From the NCBI GenBank assembly GCA_030445775.1, contig JASUTC010000001.1, positions 28,914 through 92,913 on the forward strand: a DNA stretch of 64,000 nucleotides, written 5' to 3'. A program made the position numbers and the translations under genes. Numbering within the stretch: position 1 is the stretch's first letter; the number at the start of each line of letters is the position of its first letter. Below the pieces are notes generated by a model. The model did no database searches. It was not told the origin of the DNA and worked only from the letters and a program-made list of their open reading frames with translations. The stretch comes from Thermotogaceae bacterium. Its GTDB lineage: Bacteria; Thermotogota; Thermotogae; MWEM01. Below are positions 28,310-37,800 of this stretch, piece by piece.

Positions 28310-29572
28310 ATGTCTTATTCTGTTACAGAAATCCTTCAAAAAGCCAGAGCAATAATCGAAACAAATGACGAAATCGGTGGATATATTCAAATAAAAGGAG
28401 AAGTCGGAACATTTAAAGTCTACGGAAAACACGCCTATTTAAGCTTGAAAGAAGAAAATGCCCTCTTAAAATGCGTTTATTTTATGGTCCCTAAAGAAAT
28501 TTCAACGACAATCAATGAAGGAAGTATTGTTGAGGCTTATGGTTATCTTTCCATATATGAAATAAGGGGCGAATTACAGTTTTATATCAAATCCATGCGT
28601 GAAATATCCAAAGCAGGTCTTTTGATGCTTGAATATGAAAGGATTAAAACTCAATTAATATCCGAAAAAGTCATTCCTAAATCTCCCGAAGAAAAAAAGT
28701 CATTACCAAAATTCCCCGGTACAATTGCAGTGATCACTTCAAGAAACGGAGCAGCTATTCAAGATGTGATAAAAACCATCGAACGTCGATATCCAGAATG
28801 TTTGATTCAAATCTTTCATACAGGAGTGCAGGGACATGTTGAAGAAGAAATAGTGACTTCCATAAACAATGCAAATCGATCAAAAGCTGATGTATTATTA
28901 TTGGTAAGGGGAGGCGGTTCTATTGAAGACCTTTGGTGTTTCAACCATCCGTCTGTGGTCCGTACAGTTCGTAATAGTTCTAAACCAATCATTGTAGGTG
29001 TAGGCCACGAAACAGATCACACCCTTTGTGAATACGCCGCAGATTATATTGGTTCAACCCCTACTTCAGCAGCGATGATTGCAACGCCAGATATGGAATC
29101 CATCATCATATCTCAAAAAAGTGAACTGGAAAAGATTTCACTCTTGATTAAAAGAAAAAAAGCAGAAAGGGAATCTGAACTGAAGCAAATCATGAAATTA
29201 GTATATCGATTGGACCCCGCAAAAGTCATTTCAGACGGACTAAGCAATATAAATACACAACTAGATCGAATTTCAAAAGTCATTCATAATAAAATGAACG
29301 ATAAAACCAACCAATTAATACTCTTAAAAAAAAGCCTTCTACAACCTACAACCTCATTGAAATTCAAAAAAATGGAAACAGAGTTGATTGTCAATTTGGA
29401 GAAAATAAGATCGAACGATCCAAAAAGATATCTAAAAAAAGGCTATTCCAGAATCGAAAAGGACGGATTTGTTGTAAATAGTGTGGTACAATTGAAAACA
29501 GGAGATTCAGTACAAATCTTTTTAAAAGACGGAAAGGCCCGTTCTGAAATACAGGAACTGATAAAAAATTGA
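28310..29572 (+). CDS. xseA: Exodeoxyribonuclease VII large subunit
   Basis: HAYLSLKE, GAAIQD, RGGGSIEDLWCFN, GVGHETD, TPTSAA. Confidence 0.95.
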   Translation: MSYSVTEILQKARAIIETNDEIGGYIQIKGEVGTFKVYGKHAYLSLKEENALLKCVYFMVPKEISTTINEGSIVEAYGYLSIYEIRGELQFYIKSMREISKAGLLMLEYERIKTQLISEKVIPKSPEEKKSLPKFPGTIAVITSRNGAAIQDVIKTIERRYPECLIQIFHTGVQGHVEEEIVTSINNANRSKADVLLLVRGGGSIEDLWCFNHPSVVRTVRNSSKPIIVGVGHETDHTLCEYAADYIGSTPTSAAMIATPDMESIIISQKSELEKISLLIKRKKAERESELKQIMKLVYRLDPAKVISDGLSNINTQLDRISKVIHNKMNDKTNQLILLKKSLLQPTTSLKFKKMETELIVNLEKIRSNDPKRYLKKGYSRIEKDGFVVNSVVQLKTGDSVQIFLKDGKARSEIQELIKN

Positions 29573-29585
29573 TAGAGGGGATAAA

Positions 29586-29786
29586 GTGGCAACGAAAAAA
29601 AAGATTGAAGAACTACTAGAAGAGCTTACAAATATAACAAAAGAACTTGAACAGGATGATATCTCTTTGGAGGATTCAATAAAAAAGTATCAATACGCTG
29701 TTGAATTGTACAAAAAAGCACAAAAGCAACTAAAAGAATCAGAAATTAAAATAGAAGAAATCAGGGGAAGTCTTGAAGATGTATGA
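29586..29786 (+). CDS. xseB: Exodeoxyribonuclease VII small subunit
   Basis: [15 protein letters not shown] pattern, 66 aa, follows xseA. Confidence 0.92.
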   Translation: MATKKKIEELLEELTNITKELEQDDISLEDSIKKYQYAVELYKKAQKQLKESEIKIEEIRGSLEDV

Positions 29787-31731
29787 AAAAAAGTCCGATC
29801 TATTGCTTAGAAAGAACTTGGTGGATGAAATTAAGGGTATGGATATATCTGAATTACAAGACTTTGCTTCGATAATTCGAAATGTTATTGTAGATACGGT
29901 TAATCAAAATGGGGGACATCTTTCCTCAAATTTAGGAACTGTAGAACTGACTTTGGCATTGTATCGTGTATTTGATTTTCCCGGGAAAGACATGTTGGTA
30001 TGGGATACCGGACATCAAACGTATACACACAAAATTCTCACAGGAAGAGCACCGTTATTTCAGACCATTAGAAAAAAAGGTGGGCTCAGTGGATTTACAA
30101 ATATTTTTGAAAGTCCATATGATTCTTTTGGAGCAGGGCATGTTGGTACTTCGATAGCCGCTGCTTTGGGATTTGAAAAAGCCAAAAGACTCTCTGGAGA
30201 ACCCGGTGAAGTAATTGCGGTCATCGGTGACGGAGCACTAACTTCAGGTAATGCATTGGAGTCGTTAAATCAAGTGGCAGGACAGAAAAGCAATCTAAAG
30301 ATCATCATCAATGACAACGGCATGTCCATTTCAGATAATGTTGGTTCCTTTGCAAATAATTTTTCCCTTATCAGAACGGGTAAAGGGTACAATAGCTTTA
30401 AAAAGCAATTAAAAACTTTTTTGCATGAAACACATTTGACTGGTTTAGAATCCACCCTGGAATGGATTCGAGACAACATGAAACACAATCTTTTACCGGA
30501 ATCGATTTTTGAAACCATGGGCTTTAAATACCTTGGTCCAATCGATGGTCATGACCTTGAAACATTAATCAAAGTCTTAAGTAATATCAATGAGGGGTAT
30601 AAAAAACCGGTCGTTTTACACATCCACACCAAAAAAGGGTGTGGAATAGAATATGCTGAAAAAAAACCTAATATCTTTCATGGTGTCAGTCCTAGGGAAA
30701 AAGGTATTGACGGCGAAAAAAATACTGCCCAACAACTTTCATTCAGCGATGCCTTTGGATACACACTGGCTAAATTTGCAGATTATGATGAAAAATTAGT
30801 TGCCATTACTTCAGCAATGGATATTGGTACAGGACTTTATCATTTTAAAGAAAGTTGTGAAGAAAGATTTTTTGATTTGGGAATCACTGAGCAAAGTTCT
30901 TTGGTTTTTGCTGCAGCTCTTGCATTAAAGGGATTTCATCCGGTATATGCCGTGTATTCTACTTTTCTTCAAAGGGCCTACGACCAAATTATCCATGATA
31001 TCGCCTTGCAAAAAATCCCGATGATAATTGGTGTTGACAGAGCAGGACTTGTGGGAAGTGACGGACCTACTCATCATGGAACATTTGATATCGTTATGCT
31101 GAACCCCATACCAAACATCAAACTCTACTCTCCTGATTCTATACAAAGTTTAATCAAAATGATGAATTATATTTCTCGTGAAAAGTGGAATGTTCAATCA
31201 CCTGTGTTTATACGCTACCCTCGTGAAAAGGAAACAATCACATACGAAGATCTCAACCGCTTGATTACTCAGAATGTAAAAATGAATCCCGAAAGGTGGG
31301 AACTTGTTCATGCAGGAGAAGAAGAAAATGACACGGAAGTCATCATTTTTGCTGTCGGAACAACTTTTAAATACTGTCAAAAGATAATCGATCAGGTGGA
31401 TTTTTCGGTAAATTTGGTGAAGGTCACGTCCGTTAAACCAATGGATTATCAACTAATTCACAAACTATTTGACATAAAAAAACAAAAGTTTGTGGTAACG
31501 ATAGAAGAGGGAATACGGACAGGAGGCTTTGGACAAAATCTTGTTAATTATCTTAGAAATAGATATAATCATCAAATCGAAGGGGTTAAAATCCTTGGGA
31601 TGGATGATTTTATTCCACATGGGAAAAGATCAGAATTACTGAATAATGTAGGTTTGAGCGCTAAAGAAATTTTAAATACAATTAACAGTGAAATCGAACA
31701 AATTAAGTGCAAGCACAAGTACATTATATAA
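29779..31731 (+). CDS. dxs: 1-deoxy-D-xylulose-5-phosphate synthase
   Basis: GGHLSSNLG, WDTGHQ, GDGALT...NDN TPP motif, DRAGLVGSDGPTHHG. Confidence 0.96.
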   Translation: MYEKKSDLLLRKNLVDEIKGMDISELQDFASIIRNVIVDTVNQNGGHLSSNLGTVELTLALYRVFDFPGKDMLVWDTGHQTYTHKILTGRAPLFQTIRKKGGLSGFTNIFESPYDSFGAGHVGTSIAAALGFEKAKRLSGEPGEVIAVIGDGALTSGNALESLNQVAGQKSNLKIIINDNGMSISDNVGSFANNFSLIRTGKGYNSFKKQLKTFLHETHLTGLESTLEWIRDNMKHNLLPESIFETMGFKYLGPIDGHDLETLIKVLSNINEGYKKPVVLHIHTKKGCGIEYAEKKPNIFHGVSPREKGIDGEKNTAQQLSFSDAFGYTLAKFADYDEKLVAITSAMDIGTGLYHFKESCEERFFDLGITEQSSLVFAAALALKGFHPVYAVYSTFLQRAYDQIIHDIALQKIPMIIGVDRAGLVGSDGPTHHGTFDIVMLNPIPNIKLYSPDSIQSLIKMMNYISREKWNVQSPVFIRYPREKETITYEDLNRLITQNVKMNPERWELVHAGEEENDTEVIIFAVGTTFKYCQKIIDQVDFSVNLVKVTSVKPMDYQLIHKLFDIKKQKFVVTIEEGIRTGGFGQNLVNYLRNRYNHQIEGVKILGMDDFIPHGKRSELLNNVGLSAKEILNTINSEIEQIKCKHKYII

Positions 31732-31776
31732 ATCATACTGAAAATATTCTTTTTACAATCAGAAAGGAGAAATGTA

Positions 31777-32598
31777 TTGAAATACGAAACAGTGGTTCTG
31801 GATATTGACGGTACTCTCTTAGATGACAAATTGAAAATTTCCAACAAAACAGTCAATCTGTTGAGAAGAATCAACAAAAAGGGAATATCTATCATTTTTT
31901 GCACAGGAAGAATGCTAGGGTCTGCTAAGCATATCATTGAGAAATATTTTGAAAGTGATAAATTCCCAATAGTAAGTTATAACGGCAGTTTAATAACGCT
32001 TCCCAATCATGAAACCCCCATCTTTCATCATTTTATTGAGGGAAACACTGCAATTAACATCATAGAATACCTCAGAAGAAAGGAATGTCACCGTCAAGTT
32101 TATATCAACAATCAATTGATTGTTGAAGAAGAGAATGATCAAATTAAGGATTATGCAGTACATGCAGGTATGGATTATCACGTAGTTGATAATCTTACAG
32201 ATCTAATCAAAAGCGGTGAAAAGGTTGATAAAATACTGGCTATCGGAAAGCCTGAATTCCTCGCTGATATTGAAAAAGAAAGTCAGTCACTCTTTTCTGA
32301 TAAAGCGAATATTTTCAAATCTTTTTCCATCTATCTTGATTACATCCCCAAAACTACAAACAAAGGCATTGCGGTTTTGGAACTTCTAAATTATCTTCAT
32401 TTAGATCCGAAAAAGACTATTATGATAGGAGACGGTGATAATGATATTTTTGCATTTGAAGTGGTGGGGTATTCCATTGCTATGGCCAATGCAACAGAAA
32501 AACTTAAACAAGCTGCGGATCTTTGCCTTGAAAAAACCAACAATGAAGAAGGTGTTTATCACATTCTCGATCATATTTTTTCTGATTTGCTCAATTAG
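31777..32598 (+). CDS. Cof-type HAD-IIB hydrolase
   Basis: DIDGTL, TGR, NKG, GDGDND, AMANA. Confidence 0.92.
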   Translation: MKYETVVLDIDGTLLDDKLKISNKTVNLLRRINKKGISIIFCTGRMLGSAKHIIEKYFESDKFPIVSYNGSLITLPNHETPIFHHFIEGNTAINIIEYLRRKECHRQVYINNQLIVEEENDQIKDYAVHAGMDYHVVDNLTDLIKSGEKVDKILAIGKPEFLADIEKESQSLFSDKANIFKSFSIYLDYIPKTTNKGIAVLELLNYLHLDPKKTIMIGDGDNDIFAFEVVGYSIAMANATEKLKQAADLCLEKTNNEEGVYHILDHIFSDLLN

Positions 32599-33415
32599 TT
32601 TCTCAGAAAACACCATAATAACCGATACCGGTTATTCAATCTATTACCCTGATTCACCTTACTTTTTAGAGAATGTTTCTTCCTTTTCTCTGGGAAGTGT
32701 TACCGATCCAGAACTCTTGTTTGAATTTGGTTTATTACTGGCAGAAAAGGCGAAGAAAGCAAATGCTCATGCATGCGTAATTGGCTATTCCCAATTGCTT
32801 CCCAAAGAAATCGATTTGATAAACGGACATTTTGATGAGACGATAGCTCCTTTCTTTTCAATAAACCCTTTTAAAGCCTCACAAGCTATCGAATGGATAA
32901 TCAACGGTTTAACCGCAGGGGGTATTTTCCCCGTTTTAAGTGCAAAATACGGATTAAACGATTCTCTCATTCAAAATTTAAAATATCGGATGATCTTTCC
33001 CGCCATCCTGCTCGAATCATTTAGTGGTAACGAACAAACACTAAAAGAATTAGAACTGGCTATTATAGAAGATTCCGGTCATATTTCTTATTATCCGAAT
33101 TTATTAAAAAAACTTGATTGGGCATGGCATAAACAACTGCAAGACGAGGAAAGGTTGAGAAGAGAACTATTGATAGCCTCAATTATCAGATTAAAAAAAA
33201 GATTTACTTTGAAGGATTTTGAAGTCTTTCATACACACTTAAGTTCCCCAATAACCGATCGATCTGTCATTTTTGTCAAGGACCCAAGAATCATTAATAT
33301 GAACAAATTTTCCACTGGTTATCTGATTCATTCTACGGAAGATTTTATGTTGGAAAGAATCCGGTTAATTTGCTCAGAAATCTATTACGCCAGGGGGAGC
33401 ATAAATTGGCGATGA
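32543..33415 (+). CDS. Exported protein with degenerate GH3 N-terminal-like segment
   Basis: Signal peptide MKKVF...SISFS; SLGSVTDPELLFEFGLLLA and FSINPFKAS..IINGLTAGGIFPV resemble GH3 segments but KHFPG is absent. Confidence 0.55.
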   Translation: MKKVFITFSIIFFLICSISFSENTIITDTGYSIYYPDSPYFLENVSSFSLGSVTDPELLFEFGLLLAEKAKKANAHACVIGYSQLLPKEIDLINGHFDETIAPFFSINPFKASQAIEWIINGLTAGGIFPVLSAKYGLNDSLIQNLKYRMIFPAILLESFSGNEQTLKELELAIIEDSGHISYYPNLLKKLDWAWHKQLQDEERLRRELLIASIIRLKKRFTLKDFEVFHTHLSSPITDRSVIFVKDPRIINMNKFSTGYLIHSTEDFMLERIRLICSEIYYARGSINWR

Positions 33416-34128
33416 GACTTGATAAACACCTTTCCAATTCAGGTTATGGTACAAGAAGTGAAATTAAAAGACTGATAAAAAAAGGTGTTGTATCTGTGAA
33501 TGGGGAGGTTTGCAAGAACCCTGCACATAAAGTATTGTTAACTACATCTATTACCCTCGGTTCAAAACAAATAAATTCCAAGCCAATGAGTACCATTATG
33601 CTCAATAAACCAAAAGATTATGTCTCTTCAAATGAAAATGAAGCCGGTTATCCATCCGTTTTGGAATTAATACAGCCGCCACATCCTAAATACGCTATTG
33701 CAGGAAGGTTGGATGTTGACACCACCGGTTTATTGATTCTTAGTACCCAAGGAGATTTGATACATTCCATCATCTCGCCGACGAAAGACATTACAAAAAC
33801 CTACATAGCTAAGGTTATTCATTTCAAGGCTGAATCTATTCAATCTTTTTTTGAAGGTATGACTATTGCAGAAGAATTTATAACCAAGCCGGTCACACAT
33901 CTTCGGGTTTTAGAAGAAAATAAAGAGATAACAACACTTAGTATTGGTATAACCGAGGGCAAATTTCATCAGGTGAAAAGGATGTTCCAATTTGTCCAGG
34001 CGAAAGTGATTGATCTAAAAAGAGTTGCTATTGGTTCTCTTCAGTTAGATCCTTCTCTTGAGCAAGGAGATTACAGAGAACTGACTCCAAAAGAAATCCG
34101 GCTTATCTTTCAACCATCAAAAAGGTGA
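33412..34128 (+). CDS. RsuA-family pseudouridine synthase
   Basis: MRLDK S4 domain, LNKPKDY, GRLDVDTTG catalytic motif, EGKFHQVKRM. Confidence 0.93.
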   Translation: MRLDKHLSNSGYGTRSEIKRLIKKGVVSVNGEVCKNPAHKVLLTTSITLGSKQINSKPMSTIMLNKPKDYVSSNENEAGYPSVLELIQPPHPKYAIAGRLDVDTTGLLILSTQGDLIHSIISPTKDITKTYIAKVIHFKAESIQSFFEGMTIAEEFITKPVTHLRVLEENKEITTLSIGITEGKFHQVKRMFQFVQAKVIDLKRVAIGSLQLDPSLEQGDYRELTPKEIRLIFQPSKR

Positions 34129-34170
34129 AATGCTTTCATATGTTAAAATAGTAAAAATGATTCTAAATAC

Positions 34171-34476
34171 ATGCGTCGGAGGTCAAGATGGCTAACGAAC
34201 AATTACTTGGCGATGAAAAAAATGCATAACGATTATTTAAAGCTAAACAAACAACAAACGCATTTTCTTTCCACAAGACTTAAGACCAGAATAAAACTCC
34301 GTTTTAAAAAGGACCTTTTAAATAAAATCAACGATAAAAAAAAGCTTGAAAAAACGGTGCACAGAAATATTAACACGACCTATCAAGGTTCTTGGTTGAG
34401 AATAAGCAATTTGCCATACGATCAAGAATACATACCTAAAACTATCCAACCAACAGATTGGGAGAATTACAATTGA
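34171..34476 (+). CDS. Small basic hypothetical protein; true start uncertain, possibly frameshifted
   Basis: ORF fills a 435-nt gap, with TGTTAAAAT at 34141. The GGAGG RBS at 34178 points to ATG 34188 in a different frame. Confidence 0.35.
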   Translation: MRRRSRWLTNNYLAMKKMHNDYLKLNKQQTHFLSTRLKTRIKLRFKKDLLNKINDKKKLEKTVHRNINTTYQGSWLRISNLPYDQEYIPKTIQPTDWENYN

Positions 34477-34563
34477 AAGTTTTTTTCGGAAAAGACCCTC
34501 TAAAAAACATTAGGATCTTTATACAACATTTAACATTGATTCAGTCGTTCATGGTGAAAAAAA

Positions 34564-36909
34564 TTGATTAAAGAACATTCAATTTCTGTAAGAGACCTGA
34601 TTGGATTTCTCTACAGATCCGGTAATCTTGATAATAGATTCAACGCTCCGGATCTCTCAGAAAGAGGAAAGATCGGAGTAAAAGCACATAAAAAAATACA
34701 ACAACAATACGAAGAACAGTTCCCCGGACAATTTGAAAGTGAAGTCTATCTCAGTTGCTCTTTTCAAGAAAAGGACTTATTATTATCCATTTTTGGAAGA
34801 GCTGATGGTATACACAGAAATGATAATGAAGTAACCGTTGATGAGATAAAAACCACGCGTGTTTCTTTAGAAGATATCTCGGAACTTTTAGACCAAAATC
34901 ATCTCAGGCAATGTATGTGCTACGGTTACATGGTTTTAAAAAAGGAAAAATTAAAAAAAATAAACTTGAGAATTACATATTACAATATTGACAACGATAA
35001 AATGAAACACCTTTCTTTCAGCTATTCAAAAGAACAACTTACACAGTTTATCCTCGAAATTAAAGAAGAATACAGTCAGTGGCTGACAATAAAAGATGAG
35101 TGGGTTAACGAAAGAAATCAATCTATCAAAGCGCTTCATTTTCCATTTGAACGATTCAGAGATGGTCAAAGAAAATTTTCCGTTATGGTATACCACGCCA
35201 TTAAAGACCAAAAAAAACTTTTCGCTCAAGCTCCAACAGGAACAGGTAAAACTTTGGCAACATTGTTTCCGGCTTTAAAAGCTATGGGAAAAGAACTTGC
35301 CGGACCTATCTTTTACCTCACATCCAAAACAATTACCAGACAAGCTGTTGAAAACACCTTAAATCTTTTGAGATCAAAGGGTTTGAAGCTTAAGTCTATT
35401 ATTATAACCGCTAAAGAAAAGATGTGCATTAACAATGTGTTTAAATGCAATCCTTACAACTGTCCGTTTGCAAAGGGGCATTTTGACCGAATAAATGATG
35501 CTTTAAAAGATATTTGTGCCTTAGATGGGCACTTCAATGTTGAAAGAATTCAAGAGCATGCACAACTTTACCAAGTTTGTCCCTATGAACTTGCTCTGGA
35601 TTTGTCGGAATTTACAGATTGTATCATCTGTGATTATAATTATCTTTTTGATCCAAGAGCATATTTCAGAAGGTATTTTGAAGTAAAGGGAAAATACATA
35701 TTCCTTGTAGATGAAGCTCATAATCTTCCGGATAGGGCCAGAGATATGTATTCCTCTCAATTATCCCTAAAAACTCTAAGAGAATTAAAAGATTTTGTAA
35801 AAAACAGTGATTCAAAAATTGCCAAGTGCACCGGAAAATTGGAAACAGAAGCTTCCTATTATTTTCTTAATGAAGAACTGAAAGAAAAATGGACTGTAAA
35901 AGATTCTCCACAAGATCTCAAAGAAGCTTTGGAAGATCTGTTAAGGGAAATAGCCGCATTTCTGATGACACCGGGTTATGATTCTTCGAAGGAACAATTG
36001 ACTAATTATTTTTTTGACTTAAACAGCTTTAACAGCACCATGGAAAGATATAGCGATCATTATATTTCTATCTTGGATGCAAAAAACGAATTAATGACTT
36101 TATATTGTGTTGATCCATCCAATCATATCAAAGATATGTTGGAAAAAGGCAATTCTTGTGTACTTTTCTCTGCAACATTGTCTCCTTTAGATTATTATAA
36201 GCAACTCTTTGGAGCCGTAAAAGATGATTATTCACTCGTTTTAAAATCTCCATTTAATCAACAAAACCTGTGTATGCTTGTAAATCCAAAGATTTCAACC
36301 AAATACAATGCAAGACAATACTCTGCTGAGGCAATTGTTCAGAATATCCATTTAATTACAATGCATCGTGGCAATTACATGGTCTTTTTCCCATCTTATC
36401 AGTATTTGGAATTGATCTATAATGCTTTTGTTAAAAAATATCCTACTATTCATACCAGCAAACAAACCCCCTATATGAGTGAAAGACAACGTGAATCCTT
36501 TTTAGAATCCTTCAAACATTCTCCTGAAAAAACATTTGTGGGATTTGTGCTGATGGGGGGAATTTTCGGAGAGGGGATTGATTTAATCGGCAGTCGTTTA
36601 AGCGGAGCTGTCATTGTGGGTGTGGGATTACCGCAAATTGGTTTTGATAGAGATATTATCAAAGACTATTATCAGAAAAAAATCGGAAAAGGCTGGGAAT
36701 ATGCTTACATTATTCCAGGAGCCAACAAAGTAATGCAGGCTGTGGGGCGAGTCATCCGTTCCCATGAAGATAAAGGAGTAGTTATGCTCATTGATGAAAG
36801 GTTTATTCATAAACCTTATCCTTCTATATTTCCTGCAGACTGGTCACATGCAATAAGTGTAAGAAATGAACGGGAGATGAAAAAGATTCTAAAGGAATTT
36901 TGGAATTAG
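34564..36909 (+). CDS. DinG/Rad3 (XPD)-family Fe-S helicase with N-terminal PD-(D/E)xK nuclease domain
   Basis: GRADGI...DEIKT nuclease motif; QAPTGTGKT; Fe-S cysteines (KMCINNVFKC..YNC..VCPYE); DEAH; SAT; QAVGRVIR. Confidence 0.9.
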   Translation: MIKEHSISVRDLIGFLYRSGNLDNRFNAPDLSERGKIGVKAHKKIQQQYEEQFPGQFESEVYLSCSFQEKDLLLSIFGRADGIHRNDNEVTVDEIKTTRVSLEDISELLDQNHLRQCMCYGYMVLKKEKLKKINLRITYYNIDNDKMKHLSFSYSKEQLTQFILEIKEEYSQWLTIKDEWVNERNQSIKALHFPFERFRDGQRKFSVMVYHAIKDQKKLFAQAPTGTGKTLATLFPALKAMGKELAGPIFYLTSKTITRQAVENTLNLLRSKGLKLKSIIITAKEKMCINNVFKCNPYNCPFAKGHFDRINDALKDICALDGHFNVERIQEHAQLYQVCPYELALDLSEFTDCIICDYNYLFDPRAYFRRYFEVKGKYIFLVDEAHNLPDRARDMYSSQLSLKTLRELKDFVKNSDSKIAKCTGKLETEASYYFLNEELKEKWTVKDSPQDLKEALEDLLREIAAFLMTPGYDSSKEQLTNYFFDLNSFNSTMERYSDHYISILDAKNELMTLYCVDPSNHIKDMLEKGNSCVLFSATLSPLDYYKQLFGAVKDDYSLVLKSPFNQQNLCMLVNPKISTKYNARQYSAEAIVQNIHLITMHRGNYMVFFPSYQYLELIYNAFVKKYPTIHTSKQTPYMSERQRESFLESFKHSPEKTFVGFVLMGGIFGEGIDLIGSRLSGAVIVGVGLPQIGFDRDIIKDYYQKKIGKGWEYAYIIPGANKVMQAVGRVIRSHEDKGVVMLIDERFIHKPYPSIFPADWSHAISVRNEREMKKILKEFWN

Positions 36910-36989
36910 GACTATTAGTAATTTATCTCTACTTTGATATTTGGAAATAAAATTTTGTTAAATAACCAAATCACCAGAAAGGAGTCAGA

Positions 36990-37772
36990 ATGAAAATTTT
37001 CATATTAGGTGCTGGAAAAATGGGGAAATGGTTTGCCGAGGAATTAAACCACGATCATGAAGTGGCTATTTTTGATTGGGATTCAAAGCAGATGAAACAT
37101 CTTTTTAATGTGAAACGCTTTAAAGAAATTCAAGAGATAAAAGATTACAACCCTGAACTTGTCGTCAATTGTGTAAGTCTCAACAATACGGTTAAAGCTT
37201 TTCAAGAAATTGAGGCCTTTATCTCCGATTCAACAATTCTTTCTGACATTACCTCCGTTAAATACGGTTTGGAAGATTATTATAAAAAAAACAGCCGACA
37301 CCCTTTCGTATCGACACACCCAATGTTTGGTCCCACATTTGCAAATATCAATGATTTAACCTCAGAAAATGCGGTTATTATAAAGGAATCGGATGAGTTT
37401 GGGAAAAAGTTTTTCAGAGAGTTTTTCTCCTCTCTGAAATTGAATATCTATGAGTACTCATTTGAAGAACATGACAAAACCATGGCTTATTCTCTGGCAA
37501 CACCTTTCATCTCATCACTGGTTTTTGGTGGGTGTTTAGAAGAAAAGGCAGTTCCGGGAACAACGTTTAAAAAACAAATGCATATCACCCGGAAACTTAT
37601 GTGTGAAGACGACTATTTACTTTCTGAAATTCTCTTCAATCCATATACTGTAAAACAAATTGAACGCATTTATTCTCAACTGGCATCCCTAACAGAAATT
37701 ATAGAAAAAAGAGACTTTAAAGCCATGAAAAATTACCTGGACACAGTTCGTAGAAACATTAGTAATACTTAA
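36990..37772 (+). CDS. tyrA: Prephenate dehydrogenase (TyrA family)
   Basis: GAGKMG Rossmann motif, SDITSVK, HPMFGP, EEHD. Confidence 0.9.
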   Translation: MKIFILGAGKMGKWFAEELNHDHEVAIFDWDSKQMKHLFNVKRFKEIQEIKDYNPELVVNCVSLNNTVKAFQEIEAFISDSTILSDITSVKYGLEDYYKKNSRHPFVSTHPMFGPTFANINDLTSENAVIIKESDEFGKKFFREFFSSLKLNIYEYSFEEHDKTMAYSLATPFISSLVFGGCLEEKAVPGTTFKKQMHITRKLMCEDDYLLSEILFNPYTVKQIERIYSQLASLTEIIEKRDFKAMKNYLDTVRRNISNT

Positions 37773-37800
37773 AATAGCACATTTTAAGGAGGAAAAATCC

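Noticed and set aside
29586..29790. Absence of ispA between xseB and dxs
   Set aside because: xseB and dxs overlap cleanly with no remnant; this looks like the normal arrangement for the lineage.
34564..35100. Cas4-like domain as evidence for a CRISPR-Cas (CasDinG) locus
   Set aside because: No array or other cas genes; the domain is fused to a housekeeping-type Fe-S helicase.
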